Assembly: GCA_051362555.1 (NCBI GenBank)
Contig: CM120640.1
Span: 11,842,001-11,906,000 of the forward strand
Direction: 5' to 3'
DNA from: Lingula anatina
Lineage: Eukaryota; Animalia; Brachiopoda
Length of the DNA: 64,000 nt
The stretch's first letter is position 1. Each line of letters starts with the position of its first letter. Shown here piece after piece: positions 25,491 through 38,350 of this stretch. The notes under the pieces were generated by a model, which was not told the origin of the DNA, ran no database searches, and saw only the letters and a list, made by a program, of their open reading frames with translations. The position numbers and the translations under genes were made by a program.

Positions 25491-27529
25491 AAACGGCGAT
25501 TTTAGAAAGCGTATAACCTACCACCGGTGTTTTGGTAATAGGAGTTCTTATTGTTTTGATTTTAGAATTTTTCTGCGCAATCTATCCGACAATCGTTTTC
25601 CGTCTGCTTCTTATAGGAGTACTTGAATCAAGCTTGATCAAGCTTAAATTTAGTAAGCATGAAAGGGCGGCTCATACATGTACACATTATTGATAGTAAA
25701 TAATTAGTGTAGTATCAATTCGCACAGCAGAAAGAAGTGCATAAAAAGGACACTTAGCAGCTTTGGGCAAAATTTTGTGAAACTGTTAAACGCATACATT
25801 TTTGACACTTTCAAGATTCCCCTGCTCGACTGGTTGAAATATTGGTCAAGTAGAAAGGAAATTGAGCTTGTGATACAAAATGTGCTTGAATATTTAACCT
25901 TTTTTTTATTTTACCTTTATATTTTAACATTTATATATCCCTGGTTTTAAAATCGAAATCTTGTATACATGTAGACCTACTTCAATACCCCAGAAGACCT
26001 TATATTCAAAACAATTGCACCAGTTAAAAATTTTACACTTATGCTGACTGGCCAACCGGAACGGTACCAAAGTGAAATTTACACAGGTAACTGATTGTTT
26101 ATATACTAAGAGCATTCCGGTGTGTCATCGTGAAATTAACAGCTACACTAATATATTGCTTACAGGATGCATTATGTACTACATGAATATCTCACTTACA
26201 CTCCTGGAATATATGTTTCATGTTTTATGTGTGTTTGTGCTGTTTTTCGAAATCACTCTTCAATAAAATTTGTCAACAACAAAAAAAGCGTTTTGTATTT
26301 TTTTCTAAATTGGCGGATAAAGTAATGACATTAGTAATCTATGTTAAAGATAAGCAAATGAAAATTTTTCATCCGAACCCTCTGCAAAATTTCATTTGTA
26401 GATTGTATTTTTTAAAGTTGGCTTTGTGAAAAAATGCTCTCAATAAATGATTGTTTTAAGGATGCCACCTATTTCTTTGGTCAAAATTTAAGGCACCCTG
26501 AGTGTGAACACTGATGATTAAATAATGTTACCTTGATAAGTAATCACAAAACCAATGGTACTAGGTACAACTAATTGATAAATTAAAATTACACTGATTA
26601 ACGTAATGGCAGCCTTTTGAGATCAAAATGTTATCGGTAGTGGCAAACGGAACGAAATATTGTTTTAAAACGAGAAAGACAAAGCAAATGTTTCAGGTCA
26701 ATTGTACAGACTTGACATTTAATATGGAATATTTTTTCCAAAACATAATTCATCAGTTTTTTTTCCTATTTTGCTGACTGATAAATGAAAATAAGGATTA
26801 AAATCGTGTTTTAATAACTTTTGATAATCTCTTCGATGTCATTGTGACATCAGTTTATTTATTGAATTCGTCAGTGAAGCAAACAAAAATACATTGCCTA
26901 TTTTAAGTCATACGACTACCATTGAAAGCGATATTTTGGATCTCCATATTTTCCTAATTATTGTCTTTAAAAGAGTTACACGCCCCACAAAGCCCCCCCC
27001 CCCCCATGTCAGTGTCTAGTCACAGCAACAGTCGCTGTTGCGCTTGACCTCATCTTGCTGCTACCAGAGCTTTCAAGCCGCAAGGCATTTCTTATGATAG
27101 GTTTTTAAGAGTTTAATCTGGAATAAAATTCCAGAATACGGTTAAAACTTGTCCAATTTGGCTCAGTTTTGATATAGGACATGCAGGCCGTTGATTCGGC
27201 GAGTAATGACCTACCCACATATTGTCTATGTGGTTCAAATATGGCGATTTTGTTACCAAGGTAGCTACTCATTCCCTTGGTTCTGTAAGTTATCTGCTAT
27301 TAAATGTGCTCTGTGTGAACCGGCAACCTCGCCCTGCAACCTAAAATTGTTCCTAAGGTGCCCCCTATCAAATAATAGACAAGTGGTTCCTAGATTATTC
27401 CTTTCTTAGATTATTCCTTGATCTGGTTAAGGTTTTCATTGATGACTACCATTGGTGTTTTGGCACCAATGTGGTATCCACTCCAAATACTGACACTGTC
27501 AATGACCCTAGCCTCTTAAGAAGTGGCAC

Positions 27530-28195
27530 ACATTTCGTCGAAGGCCTCTTCAGAATGTCTGTAAACTCTGTTTTGACCAGTTTAGCTGTACAGATAAATC
27601 TGGCCTCAATAAAGAAGCCACGTGGTTTCAGTGTTTTACCCAGAAACTGTCATGGTCCCCAATTCATTAGAGAAACAAACTAGGCTGCTTTGCTGTTTAC
27701 AGTGGCTTCCTCAGAGGTCGCCTGGAATCCTAACCTGCTGAAATCAGTTTGGTGTTTGCTAAGAGCCTTGAAAAACAAGTTTTGGTGACAATTTGTCCCT
27801 CATTCAAAACGGACTGGGTGGTTTTGGTTTAATTGCAGCAGCATACCCTGAAGGACAGTGAGTCCTATATCCTGGTGGTAAGACGTCGATGCATTGGGCT
27901 TGGTCTCTGTGTAGTGCCTCAAACTGAGCATAACTCTATAAAACTATGTAGACCGTTCCGTTTGACACAATAATCTGTCTGGCAATGTCTGTGTTTTTCG
28001 CGCCATTCTGGCACAGCTTAACAGTTTTGTAAAATGCTGCTTAACTCATTTTACGCACTGCAAAACCGACCGCTTGAATGCAAAATTTCAAATTCTTCTA
28101 TGCAGTATTTGCCGTCATATGGATACTTTACTGACAGAACCATCCTTCGCCAAAGCCAAGCTTTGACTAGCCCAAAGGAGCACTGCCCAAGGCAG
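27530..28195 (-). pseudogene. Possible highly decayed intronless protein-kinase relic
   Basis: Across shifting frames: LGQCSFGLV (Gly-loop-like), VLSVK, VYIVL, IKP, IVTK.C and RPS, in kinase subdomain order; many stops. Confidence 0.25.
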
Positions 28196-28439
28196 CAGTG
28201 CAACAGACTTGGTAGTCAGTTAATTGGCAGCGACACACCTGACTTCACACTTCTCCAGTCAGATGTCTTATATGAAATCTGAATTTTTTTTTTAAATAAC
28301 GCATTTATACCTGGGTATAACTTTAAAACTGAAATATTCCATATTAAATGCCTAGTCTGTATATAAGTGCACTACTACGGATTTATCTTAAACTGAAGTA
28401 GACCGATTTCAGGGCCACAGTTCTGTTGTGAAATCGGCC

Positions 28440-28685
28440 TCTGACACCACGCGTAGACGAACACGAGAAGAAGTTCTTGAAGTCGGCGAACGAGAGCTGA
28501 GACAATGCACCGGACGCGATGCTGAAGTATATACACAACCTCAAACACCACCAACCAACAGTTTTAATAAGTTAGAATTAAGTATAAAGAAAAGGCCTTC
28601 TATAGCACGTCTCCATTCCATGGTGACACAGCCACTCGAAACATGGCCTTAATTTTATAAAACTAACACACGAGATACACGTACA
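28440..28685 (-). mobile_element. Short LTR-like fragment followed by a tRNA-Leu-type PBS
   Basis: The minus strand starts TGTACG at 28685 and ends with TGGTGTCAGA (plus strand TCTGACACCA, 28440-28449). Confidence 0.4.
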
Positions 28686-28693
28686 ATGACCTA

Positions 28694-29460
28694 CACACAC
28701 TGGACAATAGAAGTGTCACCCCTACTGAACCAATACTTTGAAGAAGATTAATGACTGTGGAATAATATGCTCCTGGTATCATTTTATTAAAATCAAATTT
28801 CACAAAAAAAAAACACAAAATGAGAACAAAATATACATTCTACCAAGATATGCAATTTCAAGTCCAAAATTAGTACTTAGGGGCATAGCCACGTGCCCTA
28901 ATAACAGCTGCCAGTCTGCGAGGCAAGGATTCATATAATTGTCTGATGCGTTCAGGGCTTATGCTGGCCCAAGCATGAAACACTGAATCTAACAGGGTTT
29001 GTCTGCTGGTTGGACGGGCATTTGTCAAAAGTTTTGACATATCATTCCACACATTTTCTATTATGTTTGCATCCAGACTCTGGGCAGGCCACATCGGGGG
29101 AGAGGAGGGGGTTATATATATAACCGACGCCTAGCAGTTTTCACAGACATATTCTTATGTGTGAAATTGTTCCACTGTGTTGCCAACTGACAAGCAGTGT
29201 CGATACGAAACTTGACAACCTAGACATCAAAATCAGTCGTCGGTCTTCACGGTCAGTAGTTTTTCTTGGACGACCCATCAGAGGCAATTTGTCTCTTGAT
29301 CCAGTGTTTCCATACCGAGACCAGACCCTCTGAACGGTTCTGACTGAACAATTCAACTGAATCGATATTCTGACATTGCTTATATTACGCCTCTTCGGGT
29401 TAATAACTTGATGTCTATAATCGTTAGATAATTGCCTGTATCTTGCCATATTGGAGGAAG
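28694..29460 (-). mobile_element. Internally deleted Tc1-family transposon
   Basis: Paired-like HTH (ISIQLNCSVRTVQRVW...GRPRKTTDREDRRL) and C-terminus WPAQSLDANIIENVW...LYESLPRRLAAVIRARG..KY. The catalytic middle is missing. TA followed by a CAC-starting TIR-like end at ~28692. Confidence 0.88.
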
Positions 29461-30360
29461 ACAGGAATAACATTTGCTGTACAAGTACAAGACCAACAAT
29501 ACAATTCCATGGTACAGCGGTTTTATACTCATTAGTCACATTATAAGTAGACCAGGCATTATAACTACCCAAGATCTGCCTACTTTGATTACTCTGATTT
29601 AGCCCATTGCTCATGACATTGAATTTGAGCGTCGACGGATCCAGGTGGAGGGAACTTTTTTATAACATAATTCCTTTGCAGTGGTCAGGGTGGGATAGAC
29701 AAAATTCGATCTCTCGTCTTAATATTTTGGACTCGTCATTTATGTTACTCCCTTATAAGTGTAAAAGTTAATTCCCTTGCTCACAAATAACATTTCACGC
29801 GAAGTAAAGAAATGCACGTAACCCAGCTGTCGGCTATGCATCCAGAAGAAGAGGCAGCGATCTTTGAAATATAAGTAGTGTGAGTTATCTGAAAAATTCG
29901 ACAAGAACAAAAAGTTGTCGCTGGCGCCAGGAAAATACATTCTTCTTCGTCTTCCATAGCAAATAATTTGATGTTTATTTCTGTGAGGGACAGAACAAAC
30001 GCAGTAATTTGCTTTTTGGCATAACTTATTTATACGAGTATCAAACTAAAATAATCGATATCACATTACTCATCCAGTGAATGTCAGTCTTAGGACTTAA
30101 CATCCCTTTCTAGAACCTACCCCCGGCCCCTTCTAGATATTTTGACATCTATATGACATCCACTGAACGGAAAATTTGTTTCGTATCAAAAACAAGTGGT
30201 CAATTTGGAAATGTGCAATCCTTATAGGATCACTACGAAACACTCAGTAATTAATAATTCAACAGCTCATTTTTAAAACCTCTGTTCAAGAATGTAAATT
30301 TTTGCTACGTTCTGACAACTGTCATGTTGTTTTTGTCCCATGGGAAATGCTCCCGTGGTT

Positions 30361-33300
30361 TCAATCGCTATCAGATTCACTTTCAGCGTTAATTACTCCA
30401 TTTCCAATAGAAGAAGAGTTCTGTTCAGCACTTGCCAACTGCCTGATGACGAGTTTCTTATAAACTCCTTCCATCGCCAACAGTTCATCGTGGTTTCCTT
30501 TCTCCACAACGCGACCTTGGTCTAGAACTACAATCTAAAGAAAATGAAAAACGTGTCAAGTAGTGGCATTTGGTTTCAGCAATATCCTTTTTGAGCTGTT
30601 ATTACTCGTATTAACTGTTACGAGTGAAATCTTATCGGTTTATCTTCATTATTATAGTTCTCAAAACATATACATGTAGACTCAGACCTCAATAAGGGTC
30701 TTTATTCTGTGCAAGGTTTTTGAAATGGCTTACCTCCGAGATTAAGGGAAAGATGTTTGACGATATGCGGGTAGTATCTCTACTGTTGTGGTGTTTGATT
30801 CTGGTAACTTACAAATGAAATAAAGACTACTACTTCTAAAATCGAGACAGATTTGACATGACCCACCTGATGTGCATTCCTCACAGTAGACAGCCTGTGG
30901 GCCACAACCAATACCGTCCTGCCTTTCATTGCCCGGTCTATAGCTTCCTGAACCAGGTGCTCACTTTCCGCATCGAGAGCACTTGTTGCCTGAAAGTTTA
31001 TTTTAAAAATATTTATTCAAAATTTTGTTCTAAATTTTGAAAACTTGATGGAATTATAACATTCCCATAAGTGATTGTTTTAGTCAAACATTTATTTATT
31101 TAGACAAATGGTTACTTGTTTATTTATTTATTCATGTATTCATTCATATATTTGCTTATCTATTTGAACTTTCAAGGAAGTAAAAACAAAATACATGTAA
31201 GTCAATACTCATTTTATCAAACCCAAGTGCATTTCCCCTTCACATAAAAAATCACGTTTGATTTTGAATGACCAACTTTTTCCTAACAAGTTATATCAGT
31301 TGCAGACCTGGTTTTATCAAGTTACCTCATCCAGAAGCAATATGAGTGGATTTAAGATAAAAGCTCTGGCTATGGCAATCCTTTGTTTCTGCCCTCCTGA
31401 GAGAGAAGCACCTCTTTCTCCCACCATCGTTTCATACCCATTCTCCAGACGCTCTATGAATTCATGAGAGTTTGCTTGTTTTGAAGCAGCAATAATCTGG
31501 AAGGTTAAGTTTCTGTCCAGCTATCATAACTAAAAATCATACTCATAAAGGCAATACCAGGTGTCTGTAAGTACCCTCTGGTCCATGTATCTTAACCACC
31601 ATTAGATATTGAATAAAATAACATTTCATCCTCCAAACCCAAAGATATCCCACTCCCACTCAAATCTTGATAATGGCAATAAGTGGCTTTTTATGATAAG
31701 CTTTTTGATAAAATAAAAGAAAACATATGATTATGGCGGTAATGAAATTTGATGGGGACAACTGAAAAATTAGGTCAGTCATTAGACGAAAATACAAATC
31801 GTTTTATGGGCTACAAGAGGCGCCAATCATTCGCTCCTTCTAGTCTAACTCAATGCTTACGTCAGCCATGGTGGCATCCTCACATGCCCATGCTATGTTC
31901 TCTGCTATGGTGCCAGCGAAGAGAGTAGGTTCCTGGCCGACGAGAACGATCTTCTTACGGAACCACTGAGGGTCTAAATGACGCAAGTTGGAACCATCTA
32001 GAATATAATTTTCCAAGCTTATTTTTTATCCAGAACAATTATTGCGCCTTTTTTCAAACTAAGAATACGCTCTTTGTTTGAACAAAGTTTGCCATATGTA
32101 TATTTGATACCATGTTTAATCTTAATCATGACCCTAAATTTCAAACAACTGAAAGTTCCATTATTTTCAATTTGACAAACGTCGATCATTTATATATGCC
32201 TTAACTGTAAATGCACTTCCCATTTCGTTATCTTTTAATACTGCAACTGACCTCAGCCTCTTTCATAACAGGGAATTATATCGTAGATGATATAATTCCC
32301 TGGTCAAAATATACTGCAAGAAAGAAATTACTTATATTAAAAGTCTACCTTTTTACCTAAACATATCTTCCCCCTCGTTGGTAGGTAGAATCTTTCAATA
32401 AGGCTTATGATGGTACTCTTTCCGCTCCCAGAAGGTCCAACAAAGGCCACCATTTCTCCGGGCTGGGCAGTGAAGGACACGCCCTTGAGGATCTTTGTAT
32501 CTGGACGACTGGGGTAGTGGAACTGGACATGCTTAAACTCAACAACTGAAATAACGTGCAATATACATACAGTAAGTCAACAAATACCAGGACTCAATCC
32601 TAAAGTTAGTAGTACTAAGGTGAGATCAAGAACAAATATACAAGCTAGTATATTGTTATATCTCATACCAGTGCGATCTATGCATGTAGTTTTGACCAAA
32701 TGAATCGATAACTTTTTTGACTGCATAATTGTCAAAATGGCAACTGGCAATAAATCAATACGAATTCGAATAGATTAGAAGCCTTTGGTCCTTTTTCAAC
32801 AGAGCTTCTACTACTACTACTACTATTACTACTACTGTGCTAAGTTGTACAGACCTCCTTGCAGTTCAGGAAGTTGTTTGCCACCTGTATTAGAAATCTC
32901 TGGTCTCCTGTCTAGTAGTTCAAACACTTTGATGGACGCACCCACACCCTAGTCAATAGGCAACATATCACAGTGACATGTTATTCTTTATATCAGGGTA
33001 CACGTCAGAGGAATACTAAGGCATAACATTAACTTAAATCAGTTGCTATTACATGTGTACGATTGGAAAACCGAATTTATAGTTAGGATAAAGTGCATTC
33101 CTCTCCCCCTCCCCCCCTTGCTACAAATGCCTCTTTACTATGGATGTTTGTAGTACGTATGACCAGGCCTATATGTCAGTAAAGCCCTACCTGCATCAGG
33201 TCTCCGAATACAGATGTCATTAAAACAAAGTAAACTGCTATTGTTAGGGTGTATAGCAGGAAAGCTAGAATCAAAAACAGAAACTAAAATGAAATAAGTA

Positions 33301-36300
33301 GAACTGCTTTGAAATGCTAAATAAGCAATTTTTAAATCCTGCACTTGCAAAATAATGTGATCCTCTAATTCTATTCAAAAGCCACATACGTCATTCAACA
33401 CAGAGGTGTATGATCAATATCTGTATCTTTCTCTTATCGAAAAAGCTGACAAGTAAAAACATGAATAATGCACAATATCGTTGGCTGTCACTGAGACAGT
33501 AAAGCAGTGTGAGACGAACGTATTTCCCTTGTGCCAAAGTTTGCATCTACCAAATTTCAACCAACTTTCATATTTTCTTCATTTTTCATTGAAGCATGCA
33601 TCATACTTTAAGTAATGATTAAATCCGCCTCACAGTATGTGAGATCTCATGATCTAACCATTTGCAATAAACAAGTGTGCACATAATAAAAACCGACGTT
33701 CTTTTTTACCACATGGCAAGTTAAACAGTATTGAGAACAAATTTTACTTTCAATTTGTACGTACATGTGAGATCTCCCTCCTTCAGTTTGCCATCTCTCA
33801 CCATGCTGCCACAGAACCACATCATCAGCGTGATAGACCCATACAGCAGGAAGCTGATCAGACCCTCAAAACAACCTACAAAACAGTGAATTAAAAAACA
33901 TTTAAATTGGACAGCTTTTCATATTGATATTTTGTAAATTTATCTCACTGTGGGCAGGAAAAATCTCTTTTTAAAAAAAATTGGATAGCTATCAGCCACC
34001 TAAACCTGGTATTTCATCACGGATTAACAGAGCTATTGCGTGATTAATGCGTTGTCTGATGTGTATTAGTATACCATTAAATTATCTAACATATAACAAA
34101 TTGAACATACCTGATACAAAAGACAATGTTCTTCCTATGCCGTAACTTTTGTCTACAGTAGTAGAATACGCATGTTCTAGCTTGGCCTCGCTGTTGAATG
34201 TTCGCACAGTTTTCATCCCCGAGATGGCCTCGTCTGCTTGACTTGCAGCTGCTGCTAGATCGGCTTGGAACTGCTGTCTCATTTTTTTCATTACTTTTCC
34301 TTAAATTGTAGGAATATTGTATATGTAAACATGATCATTGCACTAATAACATATTTTGAATATAAAGACTTATGTTAATTTCTTATTTAACCAGCTGAAC
34401 AATTATCAAAACCTAAGGCCATCAAATAAATATCATGATATCCTGTTTTGTAATCCCGTTGAAGTTTATTAATGTTAAATCTTGATGATTAAATCAAATT
34501 CACTAGCCATCTTCGTGCTCTTCAAAGTCTCAAATATGTCTAAAATTAACTGAAATGACAAAAAAGACCTCCATCGGAGCACAAGTATTGTGTATAAATA
34601 GACAAGACTGTTCAGAGCTACTCTGAATTTCTCAAAATTTTGTTCTCTGAGTATTTCCTGAAGTAAAAAAAAATTGGTGAGAATTGCTGTTCAGTAATCA
34701 ATAAATGCAAATAATGCAATTTTTCGTGGTCTTTTCATTCCATTCCATTCCATTCCATTGGTTTTATTATTTTTTACATAGGACAAGCGCATTTACATGT
34801 ACGTCTTCTGCTGCACGTGTTTAGATATGTTTCGTCTATTCTCGGTCTCCTACAGTGGATTTACTTATCTCTGACAACAATTCACGCGTGAGTATATGTG
34901 TTTTATAACCGCGGTCAGCAAAGGTTCACAACACCGCGTCATTGTGACCTTAAAAAGAGTAAAAATCTCATTCAGGAGGACAAATTTTACAGATGATACA
35001 CATAAGGAGAGTAATTTTAGAAGATTTAAACCCATTTGACCCCTTCAAACTTAGGTCACCCGTCAAAAAGTGAGTAAGAAAACATACCAAATACAATGAA
35101 GCAGATAACTACAACAGGCACAATGGTCAACATGACTCCCACAGCAAGGGCATTGATGACGATGAGAAATACTAGAGAGCCCACAATTTGTATGAAATTG
35201 TTGGTCATTTCGCGAACCCCACGCTGAAAAGAATAAGTACCCACATCATCATCTTCATTCACAATTTATTACTCTAATAATGACGGTGGCAGCAGAGGAG
35301 TTCAATATGGCAGAGAGTTAGAAATTTTTGTGTGAAACATTCAAGTCAATTTGAAATCATATTAAATGAATCAAACAAACCTGGAGAAAGTAAGGAAAAA
35401 AAGCATGCACTGCTTCTTGCTATAGGAGTCATGCCGCTTAAAACAGACATGCTTGGCATGCATCAATGTTATGTGTTACACATCATCTATCTATTTCTGT
35501 TATGGAAAAAGATCTGAAGTGTATAAGGAGGATGTATTAATTGTGCATGAGAAACTAGCCATCGTTGCTCCCTCACACCCAAATTCTAGCTGATAACATA
35601 AGCAAAGTAAAACTACCATCTGTCTTGAACTGTCAACGTGAATGACATATCTGTTTGTGCATTGTGTTGGTTGTGAAAATGTCACAGCTAACAGAATGTG
35701 CTCACGCATTCAATCGTAAACAGTTCCGTTGCAACACTGTTGGGAACGATATGCCATTGCATTAAAGACTCATACCATATATGACTCCGACTACTGCCAC
35801 CACTGGAATGGTAAGCAACATGATACCGGTCAAGAACGGACTGATGTAAATACAAAGGATAAAAGAACCCAGAACTTGGTTGAAATAGCTTATAAGGGTA
35901 CGCAGCTTGATCTGAAAATAGTGCAATCAAACGACAATTGGATCCAAGTAAAACATTTCAGATAGGACAAAGATATCACATATTACAGGACAAAATAAAT
36001 ACATAATTTCGATAACACAGACAGAAAACGTGACTTAAATTTACTACACTGTTGGCAATATCAGGGATGCCATGGAAATGTTAATGATTATGTTTGCTAA
36101 AATGATTTTAGCTTAAGTCTTCTTGCCATCCATGCAAATTGTTCTAATCCATTAACTGTGACACTTACCGTAATCACATCCTGCACCACTTGTGTATCTG
36201 TGGCCAGTCTGTTGGCCAAGTCTCCTGTCCTGGGGGTAAAATGAAATATTCAAATTTGCATAACTACACAGTAAAACATAAGGTACCATTAGTATACAAA

Positions 36301-38088
36301 TGATAACAGATGATGACAAACAATATTAAAGCAAATTACAGATGCAAAGTTAAAAGGAAATGATTTCCATTAAAAATGTAAGCAAAGCCAAAATGTTACT
36401 GAACGTCAAAATAAAGACACTGCACAAGAGAAGGACTTTTAAAGGACAACTGATTTAGGAATTTTGGTATATCTTACTTATTCTCATCAAAGAAGCCTAT
36501 TTCTTGACGGATGATGTTAGCAAAGAGATCTTTACGTAGTTTGCATACAATGCGCACTCCAAGGAGGTTGAAGCACCATCCTCGCACCATGGTTCCAAGG
36601 GCGCTGGCGATGTACAGTCCCAGCAGTGTAAATATTACTGTCAAAAGTGGGTCTGCAAGTTTTCAAAATTGAGTAATTTATTTATGTATTTATCAATGTA
36701 TTTCATAAATCGTTTATGGTTGAAAATGCAGGTGTAATCAGTAGCTTATTGTCATTTTTGTCGTTCATTTATGTTTTTCAACTGCAAAACTAAATTCAAT
36801 TTTTCGGCTTAAATACAGAAAATATGACATCCCTACCTGGCTGTGATGGTATTAAAGGCTCAGATGCAGCATTAACCACTTTCCCAAACATTAATGGTGC
36901 TCCCAGCATGGCGCCGCTTACCACAAACAAGGACAGAACACCTATTATCAAGAGATGAATATCCTGAAAAAAAATTAAAATTGGGTCAAATTTCTATCAA
37001 AATGTATTTTAGCCGACTTCGGTGTAAAACAGGCTAAGAATCACGTTCAGATTAACGTTTTGATGTTTTGATGTATTATTTTCACTTACAGGCACTGCCA
37101 AGCCAAGCAGACGGCGCAGGTCGCCTTTGGTGCGGATGGGCGTGCCATCCTCCTCTAACTCCAGTCCCGTGGAGTCAAAATTCCTTGGCCTACGCATGTC
37201 CGCCAGACGTCGCATAAAACAGAAACTGGTGCAAGCAAACAAAAACTCCAGCACGGAGAAAACTACAAAAGATATCAGGAGGGCAAAGCTTGTTGGGGAA
37301 ACATCCGTCAGACTAGTTGGAACCTGCAGATAGACAAGGAGCACTAATACCCCTTTGACAACCCCAAACCCCAAACAGACAATGGATATGATAAAAACAA
37401 AAGTGTGCATGGCGTAGCGCTTTCGGTGAAGTGCATCATTTAGTTCATCATCCAGGATTTGCATGTAATAATCCTCCATGCTCGTGAAAAACATAAAGAG
37501 TAGAACTCCGCGTAAGAAAGTCATTAGACCAAGATCTTGAAATGAGGTTGTAATGCTGTAGCTTGTGAAGGCATCAATAAAAGACGCTGTAGAAAGATCT
37601 GAAACATGAAAATGTAAAGTCAAAGGCACAGCAAATGAAAAAGAAAAGTAAATGATAAAAGCGTTCTATCCTTAATCCCTAGATAGAAACATGAGATGCT
37701 TTGCCGGGCATGTCTGGATGTCAGTACACACTGTTTGAGCAAAGCTAAGACTTGTTAAGTTTATCGAAAAGCAAACGATAAAGATTGTAGCTACTTCTAG
37801 ATTGCAAAAATGACTTTTAACGATTCAATTTGGTTTAAAATCGCTGGCTTTTTATGCAAGCATGTTACTCTGCCACTATTACATACCCACGAGCCATAGC
37901 GTTAATCCTAATATTATGTCCACTAGAAAAACTATTCGCACTACGTTCAAGAACCGGAACCCAGGCAGGGTGTAATAGCTGTAGCCACCGCTGAGAGCAC
38001 CAGTGACCATACTAGCACTGGACGCAAAGAGGTCCAGCCCAGTGGGCCGCCTGGAGCTGGTGTAGGTAGCGTATGTTTCTCCGTCCAT
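30361..38088 (-). CDS. ABCB-family half transporter, ABCB9/TAPL-like (TMD0 + TMD + NBD, ~823 aa)
   Basis: Exons 38088-37887, 37598-37090, 36963-36837, 36652-36478, 36229-36169, [35911-35776 OR 35223-35088], 34299-34111, 33875-33765, 33264-33191, 32948-32855, 32545-32357, 31997-31861, 31496-31326, 30989-30867, 30534-30361; 2472 nt in frame. Motifs: [28 protein letters not shown], Walker [23 protein letters not shown], Walker B LLLDEATSALD, AHRLST. Confidence 0.95.
35088..35223 (-). CDS. Alternative (mutually exclusive) exon B of the ABC transporter, TM hairpin
   Basis: TTTTCAG acceptor and GTATGT donor; 136 nt; [45 protein letters not shown](G). Confidence 0.88.
35776..35911 (-). CDS. Alternative (mutually exclusive) exon A of the ABC transporter, TM hairpin
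   Basis: TTTTCAG acceptor and GTATGA donor; 136 nt; [45 protein letters not shown](G). Not in the ORF track. Confidence 0.88.
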
Positions 38089-38210
38089 GGTCAGTCTAAT
38101 AAAGTCTAAAATGAAAGATTCACCTTGTGAAATTGGCTGTTGCCTACAGCGAATAACATCACATTATTTACACTTTAAATTGGTAAAATACATTAAAATA
38201 AATAAGAAAT

Positions 38211-38350
38211 ATAATTTGATCCTATGTTTTCCGCCAGTCCCTAAAATATCTGGAGAAGTTATATTTTGATAAAATGCATGATAATTTGATCCTATGTTTT
38301 CTGCCAGTCCTTAAAATATCCGGAGAAGAAATATTTTGATAAAATGCATG
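38211..38350. repeat. Near-perfect 70-bp tandem duplication upstream of the ABC transporter ATG
   Basis: ATAATTTGATCCTATGTTTTC.GCCAGTCC.TAAAATATC.GGAGAAG..ATATTTTGATAAAATGCATG occurs twice. Confidence 0.95.

Noticed and set aside
33388-33446. Possible duplicate of the TM6 exon of the ABC gene
   Set aside because: Wrong length, in-frame stop and no hydrophobic similarity.
35500-35709. Possible third alternative TM exon between exons A and B
   Set aside because: No 136-nt AG..GT unit with the GS...ML...PVV pattern.
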